Shown here: positions 54,916 to 64,000 of the stretch, one piece after another
Position numbering within the stretch: position 1 is the first letter of the stretch
Layout of the letters: each line of letters opens with the position of its first letter
Assembly: GCA_027491915.1 (NCBI GenBank)
Contig: JAOZGC010000002.1
Span: 224,001-288,000 of the forward strand
Source: Thermoproteota archaeon
Lineage (GTDB): Archaea > Korarchaeota > Korarchaeia > Korarchaeales > Korarchaeaceae
Length of the DNA: 64,000 nt
Direction of reading: 5' to 3'
Translations under genes and position numbers: made by a program
The notes under the pieces: model-generated
Seen by the model: only the letters and a program-made list of their open reading frames with translations
Told to the model about the DNA's origin: nothing
The model's database searches: none

Positions 54916-55919
54916 GGCCGAGGCCTGGGTCTAACCCTCCTGTAGATCAGGTAGGCCACCCCGACCACGGCCGCTATCGGGATCAGCCCGAAGAACAGGA
55001 TCACGATCAGGTAGACTGCGCCGTAGAGCGATCTGAGGGCGGCGGCCGCCAGGGCCCACCAGTCCAGGCTTGGCAGGTTCTCGGTGGGCTCCCTCCTCCG
55101 CTCGAGATAGACCGTGAGCGTCGCGTAAGTTACGGACGACTCGAGGTTCTGCAGCTCGGCCTGAAGGACCTCTATCCTCTCCCTCACGTCCGAGAGGGCC
55201 CTCTCTATCTCCAACAGATCTGACACGTCGGTGGCCATCGAGTAGAGCTCCAGGAGCCTCTCTTCTTCGGCCCTCGCGTTGTCCAGCCTGGCCTGCAGGT
55301 CGACTATCTGATCCGTCACGTCGTTCGCGTTGATCCTCTCCTCCCTAACCTCCCCCAGTCCCCTGACCTGGCTCAGCAGGTTCCCGAAGGAGTCCGCCGG
55401 AACCTTGACGCTCACGCTGCCGGAATCCTCCTCCACCGACGAGGAGGCCACGTAACCGCCCAGGGCCTGGGCCCTCGACGCAATCTCCCTCGCCGCCGAG
55501 GGAACGTCCTCGACCTCCAGGCTCATCCACCCCGTATAGGATATCTGCCTCCTGACCTCGCCCCCCACCAGGTATCCGGTCGACCCGGGCTGCCCGGGGG
55601 ACCCCCCTCCCATCTCGGTCCCCTGCCCCCCGCCATATCCGGACTTGGGGGGCGCGGCCGGGATCGGCGGGGGACCTCCTCCCCGCCCCAGCCCCCCGAC
55701 ACCCACCTCCTCTGCGCCCGGGGCCATGTAGCCTCCGACCCCGACGGCCGGCGCCGGGACGGGGATCGGGGCCCACGGGCGCCACCCCTCCTCACCCGTG
55801 ATTATCGGGTACGTGAGGTATCCGGCCAGGAGCAGGCCCCCGACGACGAGGATCGCCAGCAGCTCCCTCTTCCCCAATATCATCCCCGGAGGTACCCGGG
55901 CAGGCGATTTTAACTCCAT
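54879..55919 (-). CDS. DUF4349 domain membrane-anchored protein
   Basis: GGYV, VKVPA, DVTDQIVDLQARL, LLEIERAL, YATLTV; N- and C-terminal TM helices. Confidence 0.85.
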   Translation of the reverse strand: MELKSPARVPPGMILGKRELLAILVVGGLLLAGYLTYPIITGEEGWRPWAPIPVPAPAVGVGGYMAPGAEEVGVGGLGRGGGPPPIPAAPPKSGYGGGQGTEMGGGSPGQPGSTGYLVGGEVRRQISYTGWMSLEVEDVPSAAREIASRAQALGGYVASSSVEEDSGSVSVKVPADSFGNLLSQVRGLGEVREERINANDVTDQIVDLQARLDNARAEEERLLELYSMATDVSDLLEIERALSDVRERIEVLQAELQNLESSVTYATLTVYLERRREPTENLPSLDWWALAAAALRSLYGAVYLIVILFFGLIPIAAVVGVAYLIYRRVRPRPRPQESGGGEEPGS

Positions 55920-56016
55920 ATCATTTGCTTCGATCCCGGTCGAACCAAATGGTCCGGCCGGGGGGGGGACCGGACGACCGAGATCCTATTATCTTCCCGG
56001 ATCTCCCCCCACCCGG

Positions 56017-57507
56017 TTGGACTTCAGGGGACCGGCGGCGATCCTGATGGTCGCCGCCATAATAGCCTCCGTTGAGCTGGTGGGGATGAGGCTCCCCCAG
56101 CTGACCGACTCCGACGGGGACGGCCTGGTGGACCTCAGGGAGGTCTCCATGGGGACCGATCCGACCAGGATCGACACCGACATGGACGGGCTCTCCGACG
56201 GCCTGGAGGTCGAGCTGAGGTCCAACCCACTGCTGCCGAGCCCGGCCATGGTCAGCATCCTGTCCCTCGGCATGGACCCCGCCCTATACAGGTCGGGCCT
56301 ATCTGTAATGGACCTCGACGGGCGCCTGTCTCCGGAGGAGGCCGAGTTCCTCCGCGCTCTCGCACGGGCGATCTCGATGATCTCCAACTCCTCCGTCTAC
56401 CCGTACCTCACCGACGAGATGAGAGGGGAGGCCGTCAGGTCGGTGATCTCTGCGGCGACCCGAGACGGTCGGATCTCGGGGAGCGAGGCCCGAGCCCTCG
56501 CGGCCCTGAAAGATCTCCCTCCGGACGTGAGACTCGCGGCCTACGCCTTCGGGCTCCCCTCCGACGAGAACCTCCCCCTCGACTGGGACCTCGACGGGGC
56601 GTCGAACCTGGAGGAGGTCCTGTCTGGGTCCAACCCTTTTACGGACCTGGAGGGGCCCGACTCGGAGAACCGCTCGGACCTCTACCTGATCGCGATCCAG
56701 GGCAGGGGCCCCCCGGCGTCAAACATCTTCCTGATCTACCACATGGCGGCCCTCTGGGGACTCAGGCCGGAGAACTCGAGGATCATCATATCTAGGAACT
56801 CCACCTCGACCGCGGGGGTGGACAGCACCTGGATCCTCTGGCAGCAGATCTCCAGGCCGGAGGTCGGGCCGTTCCGAGTCGGCGAGTACACCACCTCTGA
56901 GGTCTACGGCAGGAGGTTCGGGGCGGACTCCCTCGGCCCGGTCCCGGTGTGGCAGTACCTCGAGGACCTGGAGGGGGATCCCCTCCGAGACGTGGACGTG
57001 ACCCCTGACGCCAACGACAGGATCCTCATCGTGCTGGACGGTCACCACGCCCCGGGATCCGGGTGCCTCTCCCTCTCCGGCCGGATCTCCGTGTCCCCCC
57101 GGGAAGTGTCGGAATTCCTGTCCCGGCTGAGGTTCGGGATCGCATACGTGATAATAAACGCGTGCCAGGGATCCGACCTGCTGGACGAGTTCCCGCCCAC
57201 CTCCGGGGGGAGGGTTGTGGTGGTGACCACGAGCTCGATCGGCCAGCTAGTTGACGGCGAGTACACCAGGATATTCGAGTCCCTCTCCCTCTCCCCATTC
57301 AGCCCGAACTACTACTCGTCCGTGACGTCGCGCGCGCCGTGGACGCTCATAGGCGCCCTGGAATTCTTCTCATCCACCTTCGGCTCGGATTCCGGGATCG
57401 AGATCACCCCGAGCTGGAGGCTCCTAGGGTCAGCCGACCCCGAGGACCTACTTGGGAATCCCATGGCCTGGTCCCCGGCAGGTTGGGTCTGGGCGTCCGA
57501 CGGGTAG
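56017..57507 (+). CDS. Exported protein with DxDxDG Ca-binding repeats and clan CD (caspase/legumain-like) peptidase domain
   Basis: N-terminal TM; DSDGDGLVD, DTDMDGLSDG, DWDLDG; RILIVLDGHH...VIINACQGS His/Cys dyad spacing. Confidence 0.6.
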   Translation: MDFRGPAAILMVAAIIASVELVGMRLPQLTDSDGDGLVDLREVSMGTDPTRIDTDMDGLSDGLEVELRSNPLLPSPAMVSILSLGMDPALYRSGLSVMDLDGRLSPEEAEFLRALARAISMISNSSVYPYLTDEMRGEAVRSVISAATRDGRISGSEARALAALKDLPPDVRLAAYAFGLPSDENLPLDWDLDGASNLEEVLSGSNPFTDLEGPDSENRSDLYLIAIQGRGPPASNIFLIYHMAALWGLRPENSRIIISRNSTSTAGVDSTWILWQQISRPEVGPFRVGEYTTSEVYGRRFGADSLGPVPVWQYLEDLEGDPLRDVDVTPDANDRILIVLDGHHAPGSGCLSLSGRISVSPREVSEFLSRLRFGIAYVIINACQGSDLLDEFPPTSGGRVVVVTTSSIGQLVDGEYTRIFESLSLSPFSPNYYSSVTSRAPWTLIGALEFFSSTFGSDSGIEITPSWRLLGSADPEDLLGNPMAWSPAGWVWASDG

Positions 57508-57522
57508 CGGAGGCGGTCCCAA

Positions 57523-58584
57523 TTGGGGAAAGTTGAGAAGGCTTTCCTGGCCGTGGCCTCTCTCCTCCTCTCCCTCTACTGGCCCGCGGATCTTCTGCCG
57601 CTTGGAGCAGCCTCGGCCTCTATACTGACATTCGCTGTGGGGGCTTGGGTGATCTTCAGGGCCTCGGAGGTGGCAGTCTCCGGGATAGACGGACTGTCTT
57701 CGGCCCTCGGGGTACCCGGGTACGTCGCCGGCGTTGGGGCAGCCCTGGTGTCCTCGCTCCCGGAGCTGACGATAACCCTCGTGGCCGTGTCTTCCGGGTT
57801 CCCGACCCTGGTCGAGGCGGCGGTCCTCTCCGTAATAGCCAGCGTCGGCTTCGGACTCATAATGCTGGCCGCCCTGGTCCTGCTCCACGCCGTCAAGTTC
57901 GGCGGTCCGATGAGGCTGCCGCGGGAGGTCCTCACCCTGGAGCTGGACGCCTTCGCCTTCACCGCATCCTCATACTCCGTCCTGGCCACCCTCGCCCTGA
58001 TCCTCTTTGTAGAGTCGGGGGGGTCGGGCGCCTCCCTCCCGAGGAGCGCGGGCGCGATCCTGGTCGCGGTCTACCTCTCCTACCTGATCCACATGCTCTC
58101 CTCGCGCGAGGCCGGAGGGGGACAGACCGGCCGGTCCGGGGCGGGACCGACCTCGGTCGCGATCGAGGCGGTCGCGGGGATCGCGGCCGTGGTGCTGGCT
58201 GGCGGGGCCGTGGTGCACGCCACCGAGGCCCTGTTGAATCAGGCCCACCTGGGCAGGGTGCAGGCCGCCCTCGCCCTCGCCCTAGTGGGGACCGTGCCCG
58301 AGCACGCCGTGGCCTTCACGGCTGCCTCCGCCGGGAGGGGAGATATAGGCCTGGGGAACCTGCTGGGCGGGTTCACCCAGCTGTCCCTGCTGGTGGTCGG
58401 GCTCATAGCCGCGACGGCAGACGTCCCCGCCGACCCCTACGTCATAGTTCAGCTAGCCGTGGCCTCCGCTTCGATGGCCATGCTGAAGCTCTTCTCCAGG
58501 GACGATGGGGCCATAGACGCCGGGGAGGCCGGGCTGATGGCGGCCCTCCAGCTGCTCGCCTTCGACCTACTCCTTTCCCTCTGA
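57523..58584 (+). CDS. CaCA-family Ca2+/cation exchanger
   Basis: Alpha repeats ALVSSLPEL and LVGTVPEH...GNLLG; about 10 TM helices. Confidence 0.85.
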   Translation: MGKVEKAFLAVASLLLSLYWPADLLPLGAASASILTFAVGAWVIFRASEVAVSGIDGLSSALGVPGYVAGVGAALVSSLPELTITLVAVSSGFPTLVEAAVLSVIASVGFGLIMLAALVLLHAVKFGGPMRLPREVLTLELDAFAFTASSYSVLATLALILFVESGGSGASLPRSAGAILVAVYLSYLIHMLSSREAGGGQTGRSGAGPTSVAIEAVAGIAAVVLAGGAVVHATEALLNQAHLGRVQAALALALVGTVPEHAVAFTAASAGRGDIGLGNLLGGFTQLSLLVVGLIAATADVPADPYVIVQLAVASASMAMLKLFSRDDGAIDAGEAGLMAALQLLAFDLLLSL

Positions 58585-59388
58585 CCCGGCGCCAGCCCCT
58601 CCCAACAGGATCCTCCCGCCGATCCTCTCCAACCCCTCCCTCAGCCTCGAGGAGGCCCTGGCCACCCTGCCCTTGGCCCCTCTGCCCCTGGACTGCACGT
58701 GGATCTCCAAGATGGGGAATCCCAGCTCGGATCCCATGGGGTGGCTCTTCACGTAGATCCCGGGGATCTCGGCCATGACCCCCTCTATTATCGGGGCGGC
58801 CGCCGACTCCGGGATTCCCTCGCACCTGAAGATATCCTGAGCGGTCTCCTCCCGGTTCAACCTCTCCCTGAGATCTGGGAGGACCGACCCTTCGAACATG
58901 GCCCTCATCTCCGACGGAACCCCGGGCAATGAGAAGATTATGGTCCCTCCCTCCTCGACCTCCAGCGCGCAGCCCGGGGCGGTCCCCACGGGGTTAGGCA
59001 GCGGCCTCCCGCCGACCGGCATGAGGGCCATCTTCCTCCTGGCATCGTTGAGTTCCATTCCCGCCGACCTGTACTTCCTCCTGATCATCTCCAGGGCGGT
59101 CCTGTTCAGTTCTATCCCCAGCCCCAGCGCCTCGGCGACGCACTCCAGGGTCTTGTCGTCGAATGTCGGCCCCAGGCCTCCGGTGGTTATGACCGCCCCG
59201 GCGCCCATCCCCAGGGCCTGCCTCAGGGCCCAAGAGACGTCTCCGCAGTCGTCCCTCACCGTGATTGCCGCCCTTACGAAGAACCCCTCCTCGGTCAGCC
59301 TGCCGCCCAACCAAGAGAGGTTCGTGTTGACGGTCTTCCCTATCAGGAGCTCGTTCCCCACAGACAATATCCAGATCTCGTCGGTCAT
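58567..59388 (-). CDS. cinA: CinA N-terminal (molybdopterin-binding-like) protein
   Basis: VGNELLIG..VNTN, TGGLGPTFDD.T, NPVGTAPG, LPGVP.EM, YVKSHP. Confidence 0.88.
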   Translation of the reverse strand: MTDEIWILSVGNELLIGKTVNTNLSWLGGRLTEEGFFVRAAITVRDDCGDVSWALRQALGMGAGAVITTGGLGPTFDDKTLECVAEALGLGIELNRTALEMIRRKYRSAGMELNDARRKMALMPVGGRPLPNPVGTAPGCALEVEEGGTIIFSLPGVPSEMRAMFEGSVLPDLRERLNREETAQDIFRCEGIPESAAAPIIEGVMAEIPGIYVKSHPMGSELGFPILEIHVQSRGRGAKGRVARASSRLREGLERIGGRILLGGAGAGSEGKE

Positions 59389-59411
59389 TCGCCGCCGTAT
59401 GCCTGGGGGAT

Positions 59412-60032
59412 ATGCCTAAATCCTTGACCCCCCGGGAACCCCGAATGAGGGGGACAACCGGGGGAATCGCGGCGGCGGAAGTTAGTGGGCGGGGCGCCGC
59501 CCTCCACGCCGTGAGGGACCTCCTGACGTCCGGAGAGGCCGTCCTTCTGGACTTCAGGTTCGACGTCAGATACGGCGAGGTGCTGTCCGCGATACTGCGG
59601 CCCAGGGATGAGGTGGGGGTCCCAGTGATCCTCCAGAATCCGGCCGCCGATCCCCCATCTTACGTCGATCAGGGCGCCATGCTCGTGGGCTTCTCGGAGC
59701 TCCGGGGGGACGGCCGCCCCGCGGCGGACCGGCCGCGGGACCCCGTCGGGAGAACTCTGCTGAGGCCGGAACACTACGAGGTGCTGTCCCTCCTGGAATC
59801 GCGGCGCGGACCGACCGTCCTGGTGCACGACAGCGCGTCTGGATTCCTCAGCGAGTTCGGCCTGAGGAGATCTTACAGATTCTTCCGAGGCATCTTGGAC
59901 GAGCTGGACTGCCCCGGGATCTTCGTGTGGTTCTCCTGGATCCACGACCGCATCGTCAACTCAATAATGAGGGACCTCTTCAGCCACGTAGTCTCGGTCT
60001 ACGGCGGGGGGATCTTGGTCGGCCCCCGGTGA
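59412..60032 (+). CDS. Degenerate KaiC/RAD55-like RecA-fold protein
   Basis: VLVHDSAS Walker-B-like strand, YRFF, HD....I..LF..VV; no Walker A. Confidence 0.45.
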   Translation: MPKSLTPREPRMRGTTGGIAAAEVSGRGAALHAVRDLLTSGEAVLLDFRFDVRYGEVLSAILRPRDEVGVPVILQNPAADPPSYVDQGAMLVGFSELRGDGRPAADRPRDPVGRTLLRPEHYEVLSLLESRRGPTVLVHDSASGFLSEFGLRRSYRFFRGILDELDCPGIFVWFSWIHDRIVNSIMRDLFSHVVSVYGGGILVGPR

Positions 60033-61578
60033 CGTTCGGGACTCCAAGGATCTCGAGGATCCACCAAAGCCGCTTGGGCAGCGCCCCCCTCAGGATGCCC
60101 GAGTCCTCCTCTGTCAGCGCTCCCAGCAGCCTGCTGAGGGCCGCGTAGGTGAGAGATCCCGCCAGCGCGCCGATTATCAGAGAGGCGACTGGATCTAGGG
60201 CGGCCGACGCGCACGCGGCCGGGACCGCCGCGGCCGCGGAGAGCAGCACGGAGTGTGCCATGGTTCTCGCCCTCACCGGCACGTCGGTCCTGCCTCCGAG
60301 CGCGGCCAGGCCCAGGGCGAGGCCCAGGCCCAGGCTCACCCCCTGGGCCGCGGCCCCCCCCGCCAACCCCAGGGCCGGAACCATGACGGCCACCGCTGCC
60401 CCCTCGACCATCACCTGTATCGACTGTATTCCGAGAACCGCCCAGGTCATATCGAAAGCCATCAGTCCGGCGAACGTAGTCTCCACCAGGGGGAGCATCG
60501 AATAAGAGGCCGCGAACGTCGCCATAACGGGCGCGGCGGCGGAGTAATCTCGGGTGGTCACTATCCCTATGAGGGGTCCCGCCAGGGCCGCCAACATGGC
60601 GCAGACCGGTAGGTACAGTAGGAGGACGTACCTGAAGACCCTTCCAATCCCCCTGCCGACCGAGCGTCCCCCGGCCCCCTCCCTGACCCTCACCAGCCCC
60701 GGGAACGTAATGGAGCTGACCACGTTTGATAACCCCACGAGGAAGTGGGTCAGGGTCTCTGCCACCGAGTAGACTCCGAGGGCGCCCGGACCGGCCAGCC
60801 ACTGGACCAGGACCTTGTCTATCACGTTGGCCCTGGCGTAGTTGAGGAGAACCCTGCCGTGCAGGGGGATGGAGAAGGAGACCATCCTCAGGATCAACCC
60901 GCGATCCAGACCGGCCGGCCTGGCTCCCCTGAGGGAGGATGCCAGGCCGTAGGATCCCATCCCGGCGGCGGCGGCCGCCATGCCCAAGACCACCCCCGGC
61001 ACCCCCATGGGGAGGCCCGCCATCCTGGCCAGGGAGTTGATCGCCGGATACCCTCCCATGACCCTGGAGGCCCCCCCGTAGTCCCCGGAGCCCGAGAGGT
61101 AGCCGAACGAGTTGTAGACCCAGACGTTCCCGGCGGCGATCGCCGCCGCCGCCGCGGCCTCGAGCGGGCCGACGGGCGCGCCGACGAATCTCTCCCCCCC
61201 GAGCCAGATCGCGGCCGCGGCCGAGACCCCGGCCGCCGCAGAGAGCAGGAGGGTGACCGCCAGGTAGGATCCCAGAACCGGCCCCAGGTCTTCCCCCCTC
61301 TCCCTCGCCTCCGCGGCTAATTTGGCTATCCCGCTGTTGAGGCTGAGGGTGAAGATCTTCGCGAACAGGAAGGAGTACACCCCGAGCATGACTATGACGC
61401 CTATCTCCTCCTTGGTGAGCACCCTGGTGGCCGCCACGTAGTACAGCAGGCCGAGGACGTAGCCGAGAGAGGTCTGGGCCCCGGTCGATACTATCCCCCT
61501 GGCGGTCTCCACCCCGAGGCCCCCCGGCCCGGACCAGATTTCGGGACCGACCCGCCTGCCGCCGGATGGAACTCTCAA
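59980..61578 (-). CDS. MOP-family (Wzx-like) oligosaccharide flippase
   Basis: TRVLTKEEIG, IDKVLV....GALGVYSVA, FP; 12-14 TM helices. Confidence 0.85.
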   Translation of the reverse strand: MRVPSGGRRVGPEIWSGPGGLGVETARGIVSTGAQTSLGYVLGLLYYVAATRVLTKEEIGVIVMLGVYSFLFAKIFTLSLNSGIAKLAAEARERGEDLGPVLGSYLAVTLLLSAAAGVSAAAAIWLGGERFVGAPVGPLEAAAAAAIAAGNVWVYNSFGYLSGSGDYGGASRVMGGYPAINSLARMAGLPMGVPGVVLGMAAAAAGMGSYGLASSLRGARPAGLDRGLILRMVSFSIPLHGRVLLNYARANVIDKVLVQWLAGPGALGVYSVAETLTHFLVGLSNVVSSITFPGLVRVREGAGGRSVGRGIGRVFRYVLLLYLPVCAMLAALAGPLIGIVTTRDYSAAAPVMATFAASYSMLPLVETTFAGLMAFDMTWAVLGIQSIQVMVEGAAVAVMVPALGLAGGAAAQGVSLGLGLALGLAALGGRTDVPVRARTMAHSVLLSAAAAVPAACASAALDPVASLIIGALAGSLTYAALSRLLGALTEEDSGILRGALPKRLWWILEILGVPNVTGGRPRSPRRRPRLRG

Positions 61579-63188
61579 TCCGGGCCCCCCATCTCCCCTC
61601 CCGGTCTCTCATCACCCCTCCTTCTCTCCCTCAGCCTTCTCCTGAGGGATTCGATGGTCCCGCGCAGGGCGGAGGTGGTCGGCCCGAACCTGACCCTCCT
61701 GGGACCGCCGAGCGTGATCCCCCCTCCCTCGAAGCACCAGAGGTCCACGTCCCCGTCCATGTAGGATGGGACGGCCAGGTTCAGGGCGTGGAGCGCCGTC
61801 GGCATGACGTTCACGAGCCTCCTAACCCCCCCGACAACTCCCCTCCTGACTCCCGGTCCGGAACACAGGTATATCCCGACGAACTCGTGCTTTCCGGCGT
61901 ACACCCCGCCCGGCCGCTCGAACATCCTGTCCGGGTTCAGCATTATCCTGTTGGACATGCACGTCACGTCCCTCTCGAATCGCACCACGAGGTCCGGCGC
62001 CCTCTGCGCCTCCGGTCCCCGGTAGATCGATCTCCCGTCCAGGACCTCCTCAACCCCCTGGAGCCCGGAGAAGGCCTCCCTCAGGGCCTCCAGCCAGGCC
62101 TCCCTGTCGATCCCGTCCGCCAGGTAGATGGGGGCGAACTCGGTCATGTTGCTCCCGAAGGCGTACGCTATGGATCCCCCGAGATCCACGTCCCTGACCC
62201 CGAGTACCATGGACCTGGCCGCGATCTCCGAGATCCTCCTCCTGACCGAGAAGCGGCCCACCCTGTGGACCTCCGCCTCAACCCCGGCGAACCTCCTGCG
62301 GGCGTCCTCCAGGAGCCCTGTCACCGCGGCCCTGAAGACCGTGGCCGGCGACGTCCGCAGCCTCATGAACCCCTCCCTCCTCAGGAAGGAGTTCGGGTAG
62401 AACAGCCTCCTCCTGGCGGTGAACCCGTGGTCGCTGACCACCTGGACGAACCAATCCCGCCCGTACTCCTCGACGAACTCGCCGACGACCCTGTCGGCCG
62501 CCTCGTAAACCTTCATGACGAGATCCGGCCGGTGCCACAGCACGTGGGCCACGTGATCGGTCTCCTTGAACCAGGCGACCAGCAGGGTTATGTCGTCCAC
62601 CTTCCTGTCCAAGATGGCCTTGAGCCCCTCCCAGCAGCCCAACAGCTGCGCGGCCTCCTCCTCCGCGGTCTTCTCCTCATCCTCCACGAGGGCCAGGACC
62701 CTGCCGCTGGGGGTGTAGCCCCTGCCCCTGAGGGATTCGTAGGCCCACCTGGGCCAGGCCCAGACCACGTCGTCCGGAACCCCGAACCCGGAGACCGCGA
62801 ATCCCCCGCTGGGTCGCGGCAGGGGGTACATCAGGGGTATCCCGAAGAGCCCCACCGCCAGGCCGAGGCTCTCGAGGTAGTCGACGACTGTAGGCGCCCT
62901 CACGTCCCTGTATGTGTTCACCTTGATCTCCATGGTCTCTCTGTCAAGCGTGTAGAACCCGTAGAGCCCGTGCTTACCGCCCTGAGTGCCCGTGAGTAGG
63001 TCGGCCATGGCGGGGGCGGTCTCCGGCGGTATGGAGGAGTTCATCTCCCCCCTCACCCCACCCTCGGCCATCCTCGCCAGGTTGGGGAGCCTGCCGGATC
63101 TAATGCCCTCCCACAGCAGGTCCCTAGACGCCCCGTCGAGCACTATCACGGCGGCCTTCTCGGCGCGCCGGTCGCCTGGGTGAGCCAT
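61575..63188 (-). CDS. AlkP-superfamily phosphodiesterase / nucleotide pyrophosphatase
   Basis: IVLDGA, SSIPPETAPA..LTG...GKHGLYGF, DHVAH, VSDHGF, GKH. Confidence 0.85.
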   Translation of the reverse strand: MAHPGDRRAEKAAVIVLDGASRDLLWEGIRSGRLPNLARMAEGGVRGEMNSSIPPETAPAMADLLTGTQGGKHGLYGFYTLDRETMEIKVNTYRDVRAPTVVDYLESLGLAVGLFGIPLMYPLPRPSGGFAVSGFGVPDDVVWAWPRWAYESLRGRGYTPSGRVLALVEDEEKTAEEEAAQLLGCWEGLKAILDRKVDDITLLVAWFKETDHVAHVLWHRPDLVMKVYEAADRVVGEFVEEYGRDWFVQVVSDHGFTARRRLFYPNSFLRREGFMRLRTSPATVFRAAVTGLLEDARRRFAGVEAEVHRVGRFSVRRRISEIAARSMVLGVRDVDLGGSIAYAFGSNMTEFAPIYLADGIDREAWLEALREAFSGLQGVEEVLDGRSIYRGPEAQRAPDLVVRFERDVTCMSNRIMLNPDRMFERPGGVYAGKHEFVGIYLCSGPGVRRGVVGGVRRLVNVMPTALHALNLAVPSYMDGDVDLWCFEGGGITLGGPRRVRFGPTTSALRGTIESLRRRLRERRRGDERPGGEMGGPD

Positions 63189-63276
63189 ACGGTCCTTGGG
63201 CCCAGCCGCCCCCATTAAAACGGGTCGGTCTCCCCCGCGCGAATCCATTTTTTAAGACCCCCGAGCGGGGCGTGGG

Positions 63277-63504
63277 GTGCCCATGGAAGAGCGGACGTTC
63301 GGGGCCGTCCTGATATCCCTGTCGCTGATACTACCGGTGGCCTACGCCTACCTTCTGTTCTTCAGCCCCTGGTACCTGGAGACCATAAAGCTGACCGTCG
63401 AGGCTGCCGTCTTGGCGCTCTCCCTCATAGCCCTCTGGATAGGGAGATCCATGATCCGGGTGGCCCCGGTGAGGGAGATCCGGGGGCGCGGGGAACAAAA
63501 ATAG
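63277..63504 (+). CDS. Small 2-TM conserved archaeal membrane protein (DPM2-like)
   Basis: GAVL...Y.YLLF...LWIG pattern. Confidence 0.5.
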   Translation: MPMEERTFGAVLISLSLILPVAYAYLLFFSPWYLETIKLTVEAAVLALSLIALWIGRSMIRVAPVREIRGRGEQK

Positions 63505-63524
63505 GGGTCGGGGGTTCCTCCAGA

Positions 63525-63743
63525 TCATAACCCCCTGACGACTCGGACCGCCATGTCCACGTCGTCGGCGGTCACGGTCTTCCTGCCGGCGTGCCTGGCG
63601 AACTCCACGGCCACGCTCGCGACCTCCGAGGCGAACCTCTCCAGATGGTACGCCATCGCCTCGGTCGCCCCGTCGCTGACCCTATCGGCCCCGGCCTCCC
63701 TTATTATCCTGGAGATGGGGGCCCTGGGGAGCACCCCTGCCAT
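63525..63743 (-). CDS. Archaeal histone (HMf family)
   Basis: LPRAPISRII..AGADRVS...HAGRKTVTADDV. Confidence 0.95.
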   Translation of the reverse strand: MAGVLPRAPISRIIREAGADRVSDGATEAMAYHLERFASEVASVAVEFARHAGRKTVTADDVDMAVRVVRGL

Positions 63744-63947
63744 GAGTCCTCACCTGATTCGAGGGGTCGGGATATATCAAATAAAAATTGCTGTTCATTC
63801 GGATTTACCCCACCTTAATTGACCTATATATATCCTATTTGGGCATAAATGTCTCACCAATCGCTTTTTATACAAACATTTCGCTTTATCCGGATGCCGC
63901 CAGAGGGATCGGGGGAGACCCGGCGGGCCGCCGACCTGAGGGGCCTG

Positions 63948-64000
63948 ATGGGGGGGAGGGCCAAGAGGCTGCTGGCGTACCTGCTGGACACGCTCCTGCT
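63948..64000 (+). CDS. RDD family protein (5' fragment)
   Basis: MGGRAKRLLAYLLDTLL matches the R..A..LD signature. Confidence 0.6.
   Translation, partial: MGGRAKRLLAYLLDTLL

Noticed and set aside
1-64000. Many long antisense or alternate-frame ORFs (e.g. 26004-28109, 13045-14604, 59999-61615, 61566-62999)
   Set aside because: Shadow ORFs of well-supported genes in high-GC DNA; Arg/Gly/Pro-rich with no motifs
1-64000. CRISPR arrays, IS/transposases, integrases, rRNA
   Set aside because: No periodic repeats or diagnostic motifs seen by eye

Overview
GC-rich, gene-dense archaeal chromosomal window. An HMf-type histone, crenarchaeal-type single-OB SSB, archaeal SHMT, TATA-type promoters and an ATL-EndoV fusion point to a TACK archaeon, possibly Korarchaeota (inference). 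Contents: scattered Moco/Wco genes (mobB-like, moaB, two moeA, moaA, moaC, moaD-moaE fusion); a complete non-archaellum type IV pilus locus (ATPase, TadC/ArlJ-like platform, two paralogous pilins, minor pilins, Gly-linker adhesin, prepilin peptidase) plus a second orphan cassette of pilin-like genes; pqqD-like/tatC/tatA; ssb; aminotransferase and class I fumarase; hypF; feoAB; a Tat-exported membrane [NiFe] hydrogenase with Isp1/Isp2-like subunits; glyA; tldD/pmbA; a proline dehydrogenase-like complex; lipS1/lipS2 with lplAB; and envelope/transport genes. Non-coding signals read directly from the sequence: a probable box C/D sRNA antisense to the 23S peptidyl-transferase region, a highly structured ~180-nt leader on an amino-acid permease, a ModE-like 24-bp palindrome before moaA, a DtxR-like box before feoAB, and a 24-bp palindrome giving two convergent proteins the same C-terminus. 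Best candidates for undescribed biology: leaderless pilin-like subunits, a stand-alone PqqD/RRE coupled to tatC, and a Ca-binding surface clan-CD protease paired with a Ca exchanger. No CRISPR array, tRNA, rRNA or mobile element was seen. All calls are by-eye motif recognition; no searches were run.
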